In this document: piece by piece, positions 16,125-24,339 of the stretch
Layout of the letters: each line of letters begins with the position of its first letter
How positions within the stretch are numbered: the stretch's first letter is position 1
Assembly (NCBI GenBank): GCA_017609535.1
Contig: JAFCDU010000012.1
Span: 1-32,300, forward strand
Source of the DNA: Candidatus Pacearchaeota archaeon
Lineage (GTDB): Archaea > Nanobdellota > Nanobdellia > Pacearchaeales > GW2011-AR1
Length of the DNA stretch: 32,300 nt
Direction: 5' to 3'
Program-made: the position numbers and the translations under genes
The notes under the pieces: model-generated
The model's database searches: none
The model's input: only the letters and a program-made list of their open reading frames with translations
What the model was told of the DNA's origin: nothing

Positions 16125-16913
16125 TTAATCATCAAATTCAATCTCCAAATCATCTCCGAACATATCGCGGGTTAGTTTTTCTTTTATATGCTGCTCTTTT
16201 TGTTCTTCCTGCTTTTTTTTAAGTTCAATTAAGTCATTGAGAGTTATATTTTGTAAATTCTCCCTTTTTGAGAAATCCATTTCCCCTTTTTGAATTTTAT
16301 TTATTTTGTCCTTTTTTTCATCTGATTCCTGAATTTTCTGTTTTACTTTTTCTAAAATTTTCTTTTCTTCTTGTTCATCTATGTTAGAGGGTTTTTTCAA
16401 AAATTTTTGAACTTGATGCTGTTTGTATAATCTAATATCAAAAAAATTTTCCAATTTTGCGATGATTGTCCTAAAATCCTTGGGCAAAACCCCCCTCTCC
16501 AATGATTGAATTTCCTCCTCAGAAACCTGAATTTCCCTTGCAACATGACTTATTGGAAATTTTTTCCTTCTCCGAGCATATTGAATCCTCCAATAATAAT
16601 CGTCAACTAAATCTTCATGATGCTGTTTTTTGGCTGGAAATCTCAATTTAGCGAGATTTTTATATGCAACAGATTGCTCCTTGCTTAATGTGGCATTTGT
16701 AAGCGGTTCTTCCAAACCTGCAAGTTTTTTCATTCTTTCATTCACGGTGTATTCCCTGTCAGCTTCATTTAATTGTTCAGGTGTCGGCTTTTTTATTAAA
16801 GGAATGCCTTCCTGCTTAGCGCATGATTCGCAGATATTACTGATTCTTCCTTCATAAATTCCTTCGTATAAATGCGTTTCATCCCCTGATTTTTTGCAGA
16901 TAATGCAGTGCAT
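16125..16913 (-). CDS. Zinc-ribbon plus HTH protein, archaeal MBF1-like, with a long Lys/Glu-rich C-terminal tail
   Basis: 262-aa ORF. It has an N-terminal 'CIICKK...(x19)..CESCAKQEG' and a central Cro/C1-like HTH 'ISHVAREIQVSEEEIQSLERGVLPKDFRTIIAKLENFFDIRL'. The last 100 aa or so are highly charged. Confidence 0.5.
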   Translation of the reverse strand: MHCIICKKSGDETHLYEGIYEGRISNICESCAKQEGIPLIKKPTPEQLNEADREYTVNERMKKLAGLEEPLTNATLSKEQSVAYKNLAKLRFPAKKQHHEDLVDDYYWRIQYARRRKKFPISHVAREIQVSEEEIQSLERGVLPKDFRTIIAKLENFFDIRLYKQHQVQKFLKKPSNIDEQEEKKILEKVKQKIQESDEKKDKINKIQKGEMDFSKRENLQNITLNDLIELKKKQEEQKEQHIKEKLTRDMFGDDLEIEFDD

Positions 16914-16966
16914 ATAATAAAAATGGCTCGCGGATTTTTAAGGATTATTGAGGTGGGTTGTATATT

Positions 16967-17614
16967 TTAATGAAGGTGTTTGATTATAGAATCTATATTT
17001 TTTGGGTTAATAATTGTATAAGCTTCACCCCCCTGATAGATTATTATTGTCGGGGACACCTTCACAAAATACTTCTCTTTCAACAAATCTATCAATTTAC
17101 TATCAAGATTAATATCAAATGAGTAAATCTTAACTTCCGGGTATTGATTATAAACAGCTGTCAGTAAATCCCCAACATTCTCGCTCTCTTTAATGTCATC
17201 TTTCTCATTGGAATAGAAAAATAAAATAATTGGAATTGAGAAATTACATTCCAGATTAAGTTGCTGGATAAACTCGAAATGCTCCAGTTCAACAAGCGTA
17301 TAAAATTTCTTTTGAGCCAAAACATTCTTGTCATTTTTTCCTAATTTCTTTTCTAAATCATCAATTATCCTTCCCTGATGCCCCAAATCTGCAGAAATCT
17401 CATTCAAAAAACCTTTCTCACAAATATCATAGTCAAATAAAGAATGCATGATTTTGTCTTGAAAAATATCATAAGAAAGATCCCTCTGTAAATTAGAAAT
17501 TCTGCTATACTCAAAGAATGCTATAGAATGGGTTATCAAAAATCCCATAATAAAGAGGACTGTTGCTATAATAAACGCCAATAGGTATCTTTTTTTATTT
17601 TGAATCCTTCTCAT
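16967..17614 (-). CDS. Membrane-anchored hypothetical protein (C-terminal region has a thioredoxin-fold-like pattern but no CxxC)
   Basis: 215-aa ORF with one N-terminal TM segment ('YLLAFIIATVLFIMGFLITHSIAFF'). 'IPIILFFYSNE...VKIYSFDIN...VKVSPTIIIYQGGE' resembles a thioredoxin-like beta-alpha-beta layout, but the redox cysteines are absent. Confidence 0.4.
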   Translation of the reverse strand: MRRIQNKKRYLLAFIIATVLFIMGFLITHSIAFFEYSRISNLQRDLSYDIFQDKIMHSLFDYDICEKGFLNEISADLGHQGRIIDDLEKKLGKNDKNVLAQKKFYTLVELEHFEFIQQLNLECNFSIPIILFFYSNEKDDIKESENVGDLLTAVYNQYPEVKIYSFDINLDSKLIDLLKEKYFVKVSPTIIIYQGGEAYTIINPKNIDSIIKHLH

Positions 17615-17644
17615 TTTTTTACTATTCTTTTTTAATTTATAACT

Positions 17645-18883
17645 TTATCTCCACCCAACTTTCCTATTAAATATAAAATAAACAAAGGATAAAATCCACC
17701 AAAAACCAAATAAAAGTGCAAAAAACATAAAATAAATCGGAACATTTACTATCAACTGGTTATGTCTCCCAATTTTCTTCGTCGCATAAAAAAGGTATGC
17801 ACTTAAAACTATAAGAAAAAAGAAAATAAAAATCATAGTCGGTTTGGTAAATAATAAAAACAAAAATCTTTCAATAGCATAGAGATTAATACTAAATACA
17901 TTTAGATTAAAATTAACACTATTCAGAAAAATCAATTCTGATTTAATTTTTAATAAAGTTTTTACAATAAAATATGCAGTAACAAAAATTGCGAGAAAAA
18001 TACTAATCCATGCAACAGGCATGACAAACAATCCAAGGTCGCCATACTCCTTGCTGAACATTCTCCGGTATTTTAAACAATTTCTAATTAATCCAACATA
18101 CCACCTTCTTCTTTGTTTTAATAAATCAACAAATTTATTTGGAGGAATTGTATAAACCGGGGCATCAGGACAATTCTCAATTTTATAATGATTAAATTGG
18201 ATTCTTAGTGCAATTTCCAAATCTTCTGTGATATTTTTTTCATCAAATCCTCCATACTTTTCAAAAAAACTTTTTCTATATGCTGAAAACGCTCCAGGGG
18301 TTACATAAATCGCATTTAGGGAAGAAAACGCTTTCCTAAGAAATAAACCCAAAAGATATTCTACATGCTGAATCCTTTGCCACAAATTTTTTGGTTTATA
18401 AGTTACTATTGCAGGCCCGACTAACATTACTTTTGGATTTTTAAAATATCTAACCATCTTCTTCAAACTTTTTTTATTAACAAGTGTATCTGCATCCATT
18501 GTAAAAACTATTTCGCCTTTACTTTTCTTAATCCCAAGATTTAATGCAGTCCCTTTACCCCCGTTATCCTTATGAAAAACCTTCACACCCTCATTTTCAA
18601 ACTTCTTGGCTTTTTTCAAAGTTTCATCTTTACTTCCGTCATCAATAACTATTACTTCGAATTTATCTTTAGGATAATCTGATTCAAGCAAAGATTTAAT
18701 TGTCCTTTCTATTGTTTTCTCTTCATTATAAGCAGGGATTATTACAGAAACATTAGGAAGTTCGTCATCTTTGAAAAGTAATTTAGGTTTTTTTCTATCT
18801 GAAATAAAACTAAGTGCATAAAAAGTCGTTGCAAACAATCCCAGATAGGTTGATATATAGACAATTATAGTTATGAGTTCCAT
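17645..18883 (-). CDS. Family 2 glycosyltransferase, processive polysaccharide-synthase type with an integral-membrane C-terminus
   Basis: 412-aa ORF with 'VSVIIPAYNEE', 'IDDGSKD', 'MDADT' and the Q(R/Q)xRW motif 'QRRRW'. It has several hydrophobic segments at the N- and C-termini. Its start codon overlaps the scpB stop. Confidence 0.8.
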   Translation of the reverse strand: MELITIIVYISTYLGLFATTFYALSFISDRKKPKLLFKDDELPNVSVIIPAYNEEKTIERTIKSLLESDYPKDKFEVIVIDDGSKDETLKKAKKFENEGVKVFHKDNGGKGTALNLGIKKSKGEIVFTMDADTLVNKKSLKKMVRYFKNPKVMLVGPAIVTYKPKNLWQRIQHVEYLLGLFLRKAFSSLNAIYVTPGAFSAYRKSFFEKYGGFDEKNITEDLEIALRIQFNHYKIENCPDAPVYTIPPNKFVDLLKQRRRWYVGLIRNCLKYRRMFSKEYGDLGLFVMPVAWISIFLAIFVTAYFIVKTLLKIKSELIFLNSVNFNLNVFSINLYAIERFLFLLFTKPTMIFIFFFLIVLSAYLFYATKKIGRHNQLIVNVPIYFMFFALLFGFWWILSFVYFIFNRKVGWR

Positions 18884-19437
18884 TACTCCTCTGATTCTTC
18901 ATTTAATTGCCCCTCTTTTTTATGAACATTAAAATATTCGTAGAACTCATCAGATAGAGTTAATTCCAATGTGTGCGCGATTTTTTTTGCCTTAACCAGT
19001 CCAAGTTCGCGGAATTTTTTTATGTGTTCATATGCCTTGTTCCCGCGAATTTTTATCACAACTGACTGCTTAACCGGCTGTTTGTAAGCGATGATTGCGA
19101 GAGTTTCCTGCTCTGCTTTTGTAAATTCAGATGTGCCTGCTGCTAATCTGTTTATTAAATAATGGTATTTTGGGGCGACATCCATTTTGTAATTGTTGTT
19201 TTTATTTATGATAATTATAGCGCCTGAAGAATATTTTTTTTCTAGTTTGTGGAGAATTTCTTTCAGCATAATTGGATTGATATCTGTCAAACTTATTAAA
19301 TCTTGTAATGAGAGAAATTTTCCTGAGATAAATAAAGCAGCTTCAACTTTTTCCTCTGCCTCTCTCTCCCTTTCCTCAAATTCATTCTCTATTTCAGATG
19401 CTGTTTTTGAGGTTATTGTCAGCTTTTTTGGTTCCAT
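18883..19437 (-). CDS. scpB: Segregation and condensation protein B (ScpB)
   Basis: 184-aa ORF. 'VEAALFISGKFLSLQDL' and 'ETLAIIAYKQPVKQSVVIKIRG' match the two winged-helix repeats of ScpB. Confidence 0.75.
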   Translation of the reverse strand: MEPKKLTITSKTASEIENEFEEREREAEEKVEAALFISGKFLSLQDLISLTDINPIMLKEILHKLEKKYSSGAIIIINKNNNYKMDVAPKYHYLINRLAAGTSEFTKAEQETLAIIAYKQPVKQSVVIKIRGNKAYEHIKKFRELGLVKAKKIAHTLELTLSDEFYEYFNVHKKEGQLNEESEE

Positions 19438-19469
19438 ATACTAATATGGAAAGCAGTATTTTTAAGGAT

Positions 19470-20561
19470 TTATGCCATCGCGAATCTCAAAATCCCCCCC
19501 ACACCGCCGAGATTTTCAAATTGAACTCCTTCTGATGTTTCATTTGAAACAAGATGAACTTCTGCGGAAGTCTTAGACGCCAGTGATTTGAATTTCCTTA
19601 TTTGAGATTTTTCAAGATCTTTTGATAGAATTAATTTTCCCACTGCTCCGGCATTTAATTTTTCTTCAACATCTTGGTCTCCATATGAAACTTTATCCGG
19701 CTCCTTGGCAAGAGTTGTGAAAAATTCATCTAAAATTTGCTTTTGTTTTGTTATTTCCTGCTCTGCAAGTTCTTCTTGTGATGCATCAACTAATGCTTTT
19801 AAGCCTGGAAGCTGTGTATCACCAATATCTTTTACTGCAATAACTTTTTCTTTTAATGCAGTTACTAAGTTTCCTGATTCAAGAAACTCATCTTTTGTTG
19901 GGATTGGCCCCCCGATTAAAATTCCTTTTAGTTTTTTCATTGAAAAGAACTGTTTTTTCATTTCATCCGCGACCCGCCTGAAAAATTCTTTTGCTAAATT
20001 TTCAGTTATTCTGTGGAACCTTGCTGCTGACTGGCCGCCGGCTCTTACACTTCCTGGAATTCCCGAGGTCATGTGCTGAAGAATTTTTATGTTTTTTCCT
20101 TCAAGAAGCCCGATTGTTGCTTCTTTTCTCTCTATAATCAACAGCCCATAAACTTCTTCTGTTTCAATCATCTCCTTTAAAGGCTCCAAGACAAAAGTTT
20201 GGTCGCATCGATATAATCGTATTTTTAACGGCTTCGGCGGTTCGATTGTCCAAATTTGAAGGTCCTGCTGTCCTTCTATCTGTGAGACGTTGCCTGCGAA
20301 AACTGCGAGTCCGTTTTTTGGTGTTCTACCGATTATCTTTAATTGTCTTGCGATTTTTTCCAAAGCTTGAAGAACATTTTTTCTTGTAGATGTTGATTTG
20401 ATGTTTGTTGCTGTTCCTTTTTCATCTTCTATTTGTCTTCCTACTTGAGTTATTTCATATCCTGCTGGAATATAAACTGAAATTAATTCTGTATGGCGTC
20501 CTCTATAAGATTCTAATTCTTTAATTAATTCTTCAAGTTCATATTTTTGGGCTGGGTCCAT
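19470..20561 (-). CDS. prf1: Peptide chain release factor aRF1
   Basis: 363-aa ORF with 'TATNIKS' (NIKS), 'YRCDQTF' (YxCxxxF) and 'AGGQSAARF' (GGQ). Confidence 0.9.
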   Translation of the reverse strand: MDPAQKYELEELIKELESYRGRHTELISVYIPAGYEITQVGRQIEDEKGTATNIKSTSTRKNVLQALEKIARQLKIIGRTPKNGLAVFAGNVSQIEGQQDLQIWTIEPPKPLKIRLYRCDQTFVLEPLKEMIETEEVYGLLIIERKEATIGLLEGKNIKILQHMTSGIPGSVRAGGQSAARFHRITENLAKEFFRRVADEMKKQFFSMKKLKGILIGGPIPTKDEFLESGNLVTALKEKVIAVKDIGDTQLPGLKALVDASQEELAEQEITKQKQILDEFFTTLAKEPDKVSYGDQDVEEKLNAGAVGKLILSKDLEKSQIRKFKSLASKTSAEVHLVSNETSEGVQFENLGGVGGILRFAMA

Positions 20562-20602
20562 AATACTCTATGACAAATCAATTTATTAATGTTTAGAATT
20601 TA

Positions 20603-22981
20603 CTATTTTACAAATTCTACTTTAAATTCCCCAGTTTTGATTTTTTTAGTGTTGGTGACTGCCTTAAAATCCTCGAGCATGTTTGTTAGTGCTTTTTTGT
20701 CTTTTTCTGGGATTGTGAGGATTATTTCTGCTTTCATTGATTTTTGGGCTTTTGTTTTTTGCCGGCGGATTTTTGAAAGCAGGGAAATGAAAGAATCTCC
20801 AAATTGGCTTAATTTTTTGTCTTGTTTGGTTTTGATTTTTGGCCATTGACTTATATGAATTGATTTGCATTCTTCTATTTTGGCAAAATAAGATTGATAA
20901 ATTTCTTCTGTAATAAAGGGGGTTATTGGCGATATCATTTTTAGAATTGCGAGTAGAGATTGGTATAGGGTGTATTGAGCAGACTTCTTTTGAGTGGGTG
21001 TTCCGTTGTAAATTCTGTTTTTAATTATTTCAAGATAATTGTCGCAGAATGTTTTCCAGAAAAAGTTTTCAATTTCGCGACGGGCTCCTGAGATGTTGTA
21101 GGAAAGATAAAGTTGTTTGACTTTTTCTAATGTTTGAGAAAGTTTTTGGAGGATGTATTTATCAATTTCCTGCAATTGTTTTGGTTTATCTCCTTTATAA
21201 TTTTCAATGTTCATAAATACAAATTTTGAAGCGTTCCAGAGTTTTGTAAGGAATTTTTTTCCTGCGACAAGCTCCTGTTCTTGGAACGGCAAATCAGAGC
21301 CAAGTGAGGCAGAACCAACCCAATATCTAAATGCATCGACGCCGTATTTTTCAATTAATTCGTCTGCCCATACTGCGTTGCCTTTTGATTTTGACATTCC
21401 CTTTCCTTTTGGGTCAAGAACGAAGGTATTGATTATTATTTCTTTCCATGGGATTCTGTTAAATAAAAGATGGGATTTCAAGATTGTGTAAAATGCCCAT
21501 GTCCTGATTATGTCATGGGATTGGGGGCGGAGGGACATTGGTGCGATTTTTTTGTAAAAATCGGGATTTTCAAGCCAGCGCAAGGCAATTTCTGGAGAAT
21601 TTGATGAGGTCATCCAAGTATCAAATACATCTGTTTCTGGTTTTGCTTTTTGTCCACAAGAAGGACATTTTTTCTCAACTTCAAGCGGGTCAATCGGGAG
21701 TTCATCTTTTTTTGGGAGGAGGATTTTGCCGCAATTTTCACAATACCATACAGGAATTGGGATTCCGTAATATCTTTGCCTTGAAATTATCCAGTCCCAG
21801 CCAAGATTTTGCGTCCAGTTTTCAAATCGCGTGCGCATAAATTCTGGATACCATTTGATTTCTTTTCCTCTTTTTATTAAATCTTTTTTATATTTTAAAG
21901 TATGAATAAACCATTGTTTTGTAACTATGTATTCTACTGGAGTTGAACAGCGCCAGCATGAACCAACAGTTTGCTGCAAGGATTCTTGTTTTTTTAATCT
22001 GTTTTCTAATTTCAAATCTTTTAGTATTTCTTGTCTTGCTTTTTCTAATTTTAATCCCTGGTATTTTCCTGCTAAATTATTTAATGTTCCATCTTTGTTT
22101 AAAATAGGTTTTAATTCAAGTTTGTATTTTTTCCACCATTCTATATCTGTATTGTCTCCGAATGTGCAAACCATCACAATTCCTGTTCCAAAATCCTTGT
22201 CAACTTTTTCGTCTTCCCTAACCTTGATTTTGTAATTGAACAACGGGACAATTAAGTTTTTTCCGACGAGATTTTTGTATCTTTTGTCTTTTGGATTTAC
22301 AAAAATTCCGACGCAAGCAGGCAGAAATTCCGGGCGGGTTGTTGCTATTGTCGCTTTTTTATCAGAATCTTCAATATCAAAATCAATGTAATTTAATTTT
22401 GTTGTTCTTTCCAAGTCCTCGACTTCTGCCTGTGCCAGTGCTGTCTCGTGTTTTGGGCACCAGATTACTGGTTCTTGTTTTCTGTAGCAATCGCCTTTTG
22501 CGATTAATTTTAAGAAAGAAGTTTGAGCAACTTTTTGCGCTTGCGGTGAGATTGTTGTGTAAAGCAAATCCCAGTCGTAGCTGTGTCCGAGTTTTTTGAA
22601 GACATTTTCAGCGTAAAGTTTTTCAACTTTTTGCGACTCGCGGAGGCAGATTTGTCTAAACTCTGCGCGCGTTGTTTTGGATTTGTCAATTCCTAATTTT
22701 TCTTCAACATATTTTTCAGTCGGCAATCCATTATCGTCAAAGCCGGGTGCAAAATAAACTTCAAATCCCATTAAGCGCATAATTCTTGCGATGATTTCAA
22801 ATTGCGTGTAAGAAAGTGCGTGTCCAACGTGGAGGTGTCCGGCAGAAGCATAGGGGGGCGGGGTATCAATTGAGTAGATTTTCTTTTTTGAATCTGGATT
22901 AAATTTGTAAATTTTTTCTTTTTCCCAGAATTTTCTCCATTTCTGCTCTATTTCCTCTGCATTATATTTTCTTATTGTCAT
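20603..22981 (-). CDS. valS: Valyl-tRNA synthetase
   Basis: 792-aa ORF with 'IDTPPPYASAGHLHVGHA' (HIGH), 'PGFDDNGLPTE', the CP1 editing motif 'ATTRPEFLPACVGIFVNPKD', and 'GMSKSKGN' (KMSKS). Confidence 0.85.
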   Translation of the reverse strand: MTIRKYNAEEIEQKWRKFWEKEKIYKFNPDSKKKIYSIDTPPPYASAGHLHVGHALSYTQFEIIARIMRLMGFEVYFAPGFDDNGLPTEKYVEEKLGIDKSKTTRAEFRQICLRESQKVEKLYAENVFKKLGHSYDWDLLYTTISPQAQKVAQTSFLKLIAKGDCYRKQEPVIWCPKHETALAQAEVEDLERTTKLNYIDFDIEDSDKKATIATTRPEFLPACVGIFVNPKDKRYKNLVGKNLIVPLFNYKIKVREDEKVDKDFGTGIVMVCTFGDNTDIEWWKKYKLELKPILNKDGTLNNLAGKYQGLKLEKARQEILKDLKLENRLKKQESLQQTVGSCWRCSTPVEYIVTKQWFIHTLKYKKDLIKRGKEIKWYPEFMRTRFENWTQNLGWDWIISRQRYYGIPIPVWYCENCGKILLPKKDELPIDPLEVEKKCPSCGQKAKPETDVFDTWMTSSNSPEIALRWLENPDFYKKIAPMSLRPQSHDIIRTWAFYTILKSHLLFNRIPWKEIIINTFVLDPKGKGMSKSKGNAVWADELIEKYGVDAFRYWVGSASLGSDLPFQEQELVAGKKFLTKLWNASKFVFMNIENYKGDKPKQLQEIDKYILQKLSQTLEKVKQLYLSYNISGARREIENFFWKTFCDNYLEIIKNRIYNGTPTQKKSAQYTLYQSLLAILKMISPITPFITEEIYQSYFAKIEECKSIHISQWPKIKTKQDKKLSQFGDSFISLLSKIRRQKTKAQKSMKAEIILTIPEKDKKALTNMLEDFKAVTNTKKIKTGEFKVEFVK

Positions 22982-23015
22982 ATTTTGACAAGGAGCAAGT
23001 TATTTAAAAATGTGT

Positions 23016-23390
23016 TTATTTGATAAAATCTATTTCCGGGCTATATCCATCTTTTGCAACCTGGTATTGGAAAACTATTGGATATTGGGAAAGATAATTT
23101 TCAATTTCAGGAATTGCTTTTTCTGAGTTTACGCCTGCAATTAATGCATCTCCACAAACTATACGGAATCCCTTGTGTGTTTCACATAGAACTTCGAGAG
23201 AGTTTTCAGGTAGATAATGGGGAAATTTTTTATTTAAATTGTCTTTGATTCTCCTTAATTGATTTTGAAGTTCAATTCTATCTGGATGTTTTGATGAGTT
23301 TTGGACATCAAGTAAAAGGAGATAAGAATCTTGGGTTTCTAATATTTGTCTTGCCTTTTTAATAGCTTGTTCTTTAGATATGCCTTTCAT
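23016..23390 (-). CDS. Hypothetical 124-aa protein, possibly with a SatD-like / nucleotidyl-cyclase-like fold
   Basis: ATG-started ORF. 'YLLLLDVQNSSK...' and later 'FRIVCGDALIAGV' resemble the paired 'GDIxxS' ... 'GDEFQG' pattern I recall for SatD-family or class III cyclase-like domains. The match is weak. Confidence 0.3.
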   Translation of the reverse strand: MKGISKEQAIKKARQILETQDSYLLLLDVQNSSKHPDRIELQNQLRRIKDNLNKKFPHYLPENSLEVLCETHKGFRIVCGDALIAGVNSEKAIPEIENYLSQYPIVFQYQVAKDGYSPEIDFIK

Positions 23391-23435
23391 GGGAGATTTA
23401 ATAGATATTTTCTATTTATATTAGTTATGGCATCT

Positions 23436-23607
23436 GGCTTAAACAACCCAAAGGGCTCGAGTTGAACCTCGAGAGTTTTTTCTGAAAGAAAAAATTTGGG
23501 AAAATCCTTCTCCGAGTGTTAGCGAGAGCGCGTAGCGTGGTCGAGTCGAAGCCGAAGAAATAAATTTGAAATCCGTACATCAAATGAGCGAATGCGATAC
23601 ATAAATA
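23436..23607 (+). repeat. Copy E1 of the GC-enriched IS-end-like repeat family
   Basis: It contains AATTTGGGAAAATCCTT (23493-23509, identical to 24170-24186), CGARG-type repeats 'gtcgagtcgaagccgaag', and 'gaaataaatTTGAAATCCGTAcat' matching copy L 'gaattaaATGAAATCCGACaat'. It stands out as GC-rich within AT-rich spacer DNA. Confidence 0.5.
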
Positions 23608-23631
23608 CCAGGAATTAAAGGGCAGAATAAA

Positions 23632-24036
23632 TTACTCAATAAAAAAGATTAAACTTACTGAAGCCAATACAAGTATAGTTATGACAATCCCCCAAATGTA
23701 AACTCTTCTATGAAAATCTTTATTGAAGAAAGGATCTCCGTAATTTTTGGACATATGTATTCCATACATAATTAACCAGAATAGTAAATTTGCAAATCCA
23801 AACAGCCATCCAAGAACATAAAAAATCCATTGCCACCATTTGAATGTTACTTTATTTTTTATTGTGGATTTGGAAATTAGAAAAGCAATTCCTCCAAAAA
23901 TTAGTCCACCAACAATTCCATTTGTTAAACCTTCAATAAAGTTTGTTTCCATCAAATTTGTGATAAAAGGAATTAGGAAAAATATGACTGCAAAAATTGA
24001 TGCGACTTTTAATGCTTTTTCAGTAGGTTTATCCAT
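23632..24036 (-). CDS. Small integral membrane protein (about 4 TM segments), hypothetical
   Basis: 134-aa ORF with an ATG start. It has four hydrophobic stretches, is Trp/Phe-rich ('FKWWQWIFYVLGWLFGFANLLFWLIMYG'), and is flanked by repeats E1 and E2. Confidence 0.5.
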   Translation of the reverse strand: MDKPTEKALKVASIFAVIFFLIPFITNLMETNFIEGLTNGIVGGLIFGGIAFLISKSTIKNKVTFKWWQWIFYVLGWLFGFANLLFWLIMYGIHMSKNYGDPFFNKDFHRRVYIWGIVITILVLASVSLIFFIE

Positions 24037-24102
24037 ATTAAGTTCATATAATGAAGAACATATATAAAGTTTTTTAATTTATTTTGCCCCTTGCGACTTT
24101 TT

Positions 24103-24287
24103 AGGATTTCAAATTTATTGCAATTAACGTTTTGCGGATAAAAGAAGTTTCCGAAGCGAAGCGTAGCAGAATTTGGGAAAATCCTTGCAAGAATTTTCTG
24201 TTTAAGCCCTGTTAAGTCCCCCGACGAGCCGAAGGCGAGGACGAGATTTCAAGACATAAAAATTTAAGAACGACGCAAATATATACT
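24103..24287 (+). repeat. Copy E2 of the GC-enriched IS-end-like repeat family
   Basis: It contains AGGATTTCAAATT (24103-24115) complementary to AATTTG-gga-AAATCCT (24170-24185). It also has 'ccgaagcgaagcgtagc', and then 'gagCCGAAGgcgaggacgAGATTTCAagacataaaaatttaagaacGACgcAAATATAtac', which is colinear with copy L. Confidence 0.5.
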
Positions 24288-24307
24288 CCTATTGTGAATC
24301 GGACATT

Positions 24308-24320
24308 AAAAATATAAAAT
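24308..24320 (+). promoter_or_regulatory. TATA-like box about 26 nt upstream of the metallophosphoesterase ATG
   Basis: 'aaaaatataaaat' is centred near 24314 and the ATG is at 24340. Confidence 0.4.
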
Positions 24321-24339
24321 CTCCGTTAGATTATATAAT

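Noticed and set aside
16016-16222. A 68-aa plus-strand ORF overlaps the 3' end of the MBF1-like gene.
   Set aside because: It starts at a non-ATG codon, its sequence is hydrophobic and low-complexity, and it overlaps a better-supported gene on the other strand.
23436-23607. I considered whether the GC-rich spacer elements E1 and E2 are tRNA genes or Nanoarchaeum-style split tRNA halves.
   Set aside because: I could not draw an acceptor stem, a D-arm or a GTTC-type T-loop on either strand. The GC-rich parts are purine-only CGARG repeats that cannot pair with each other.
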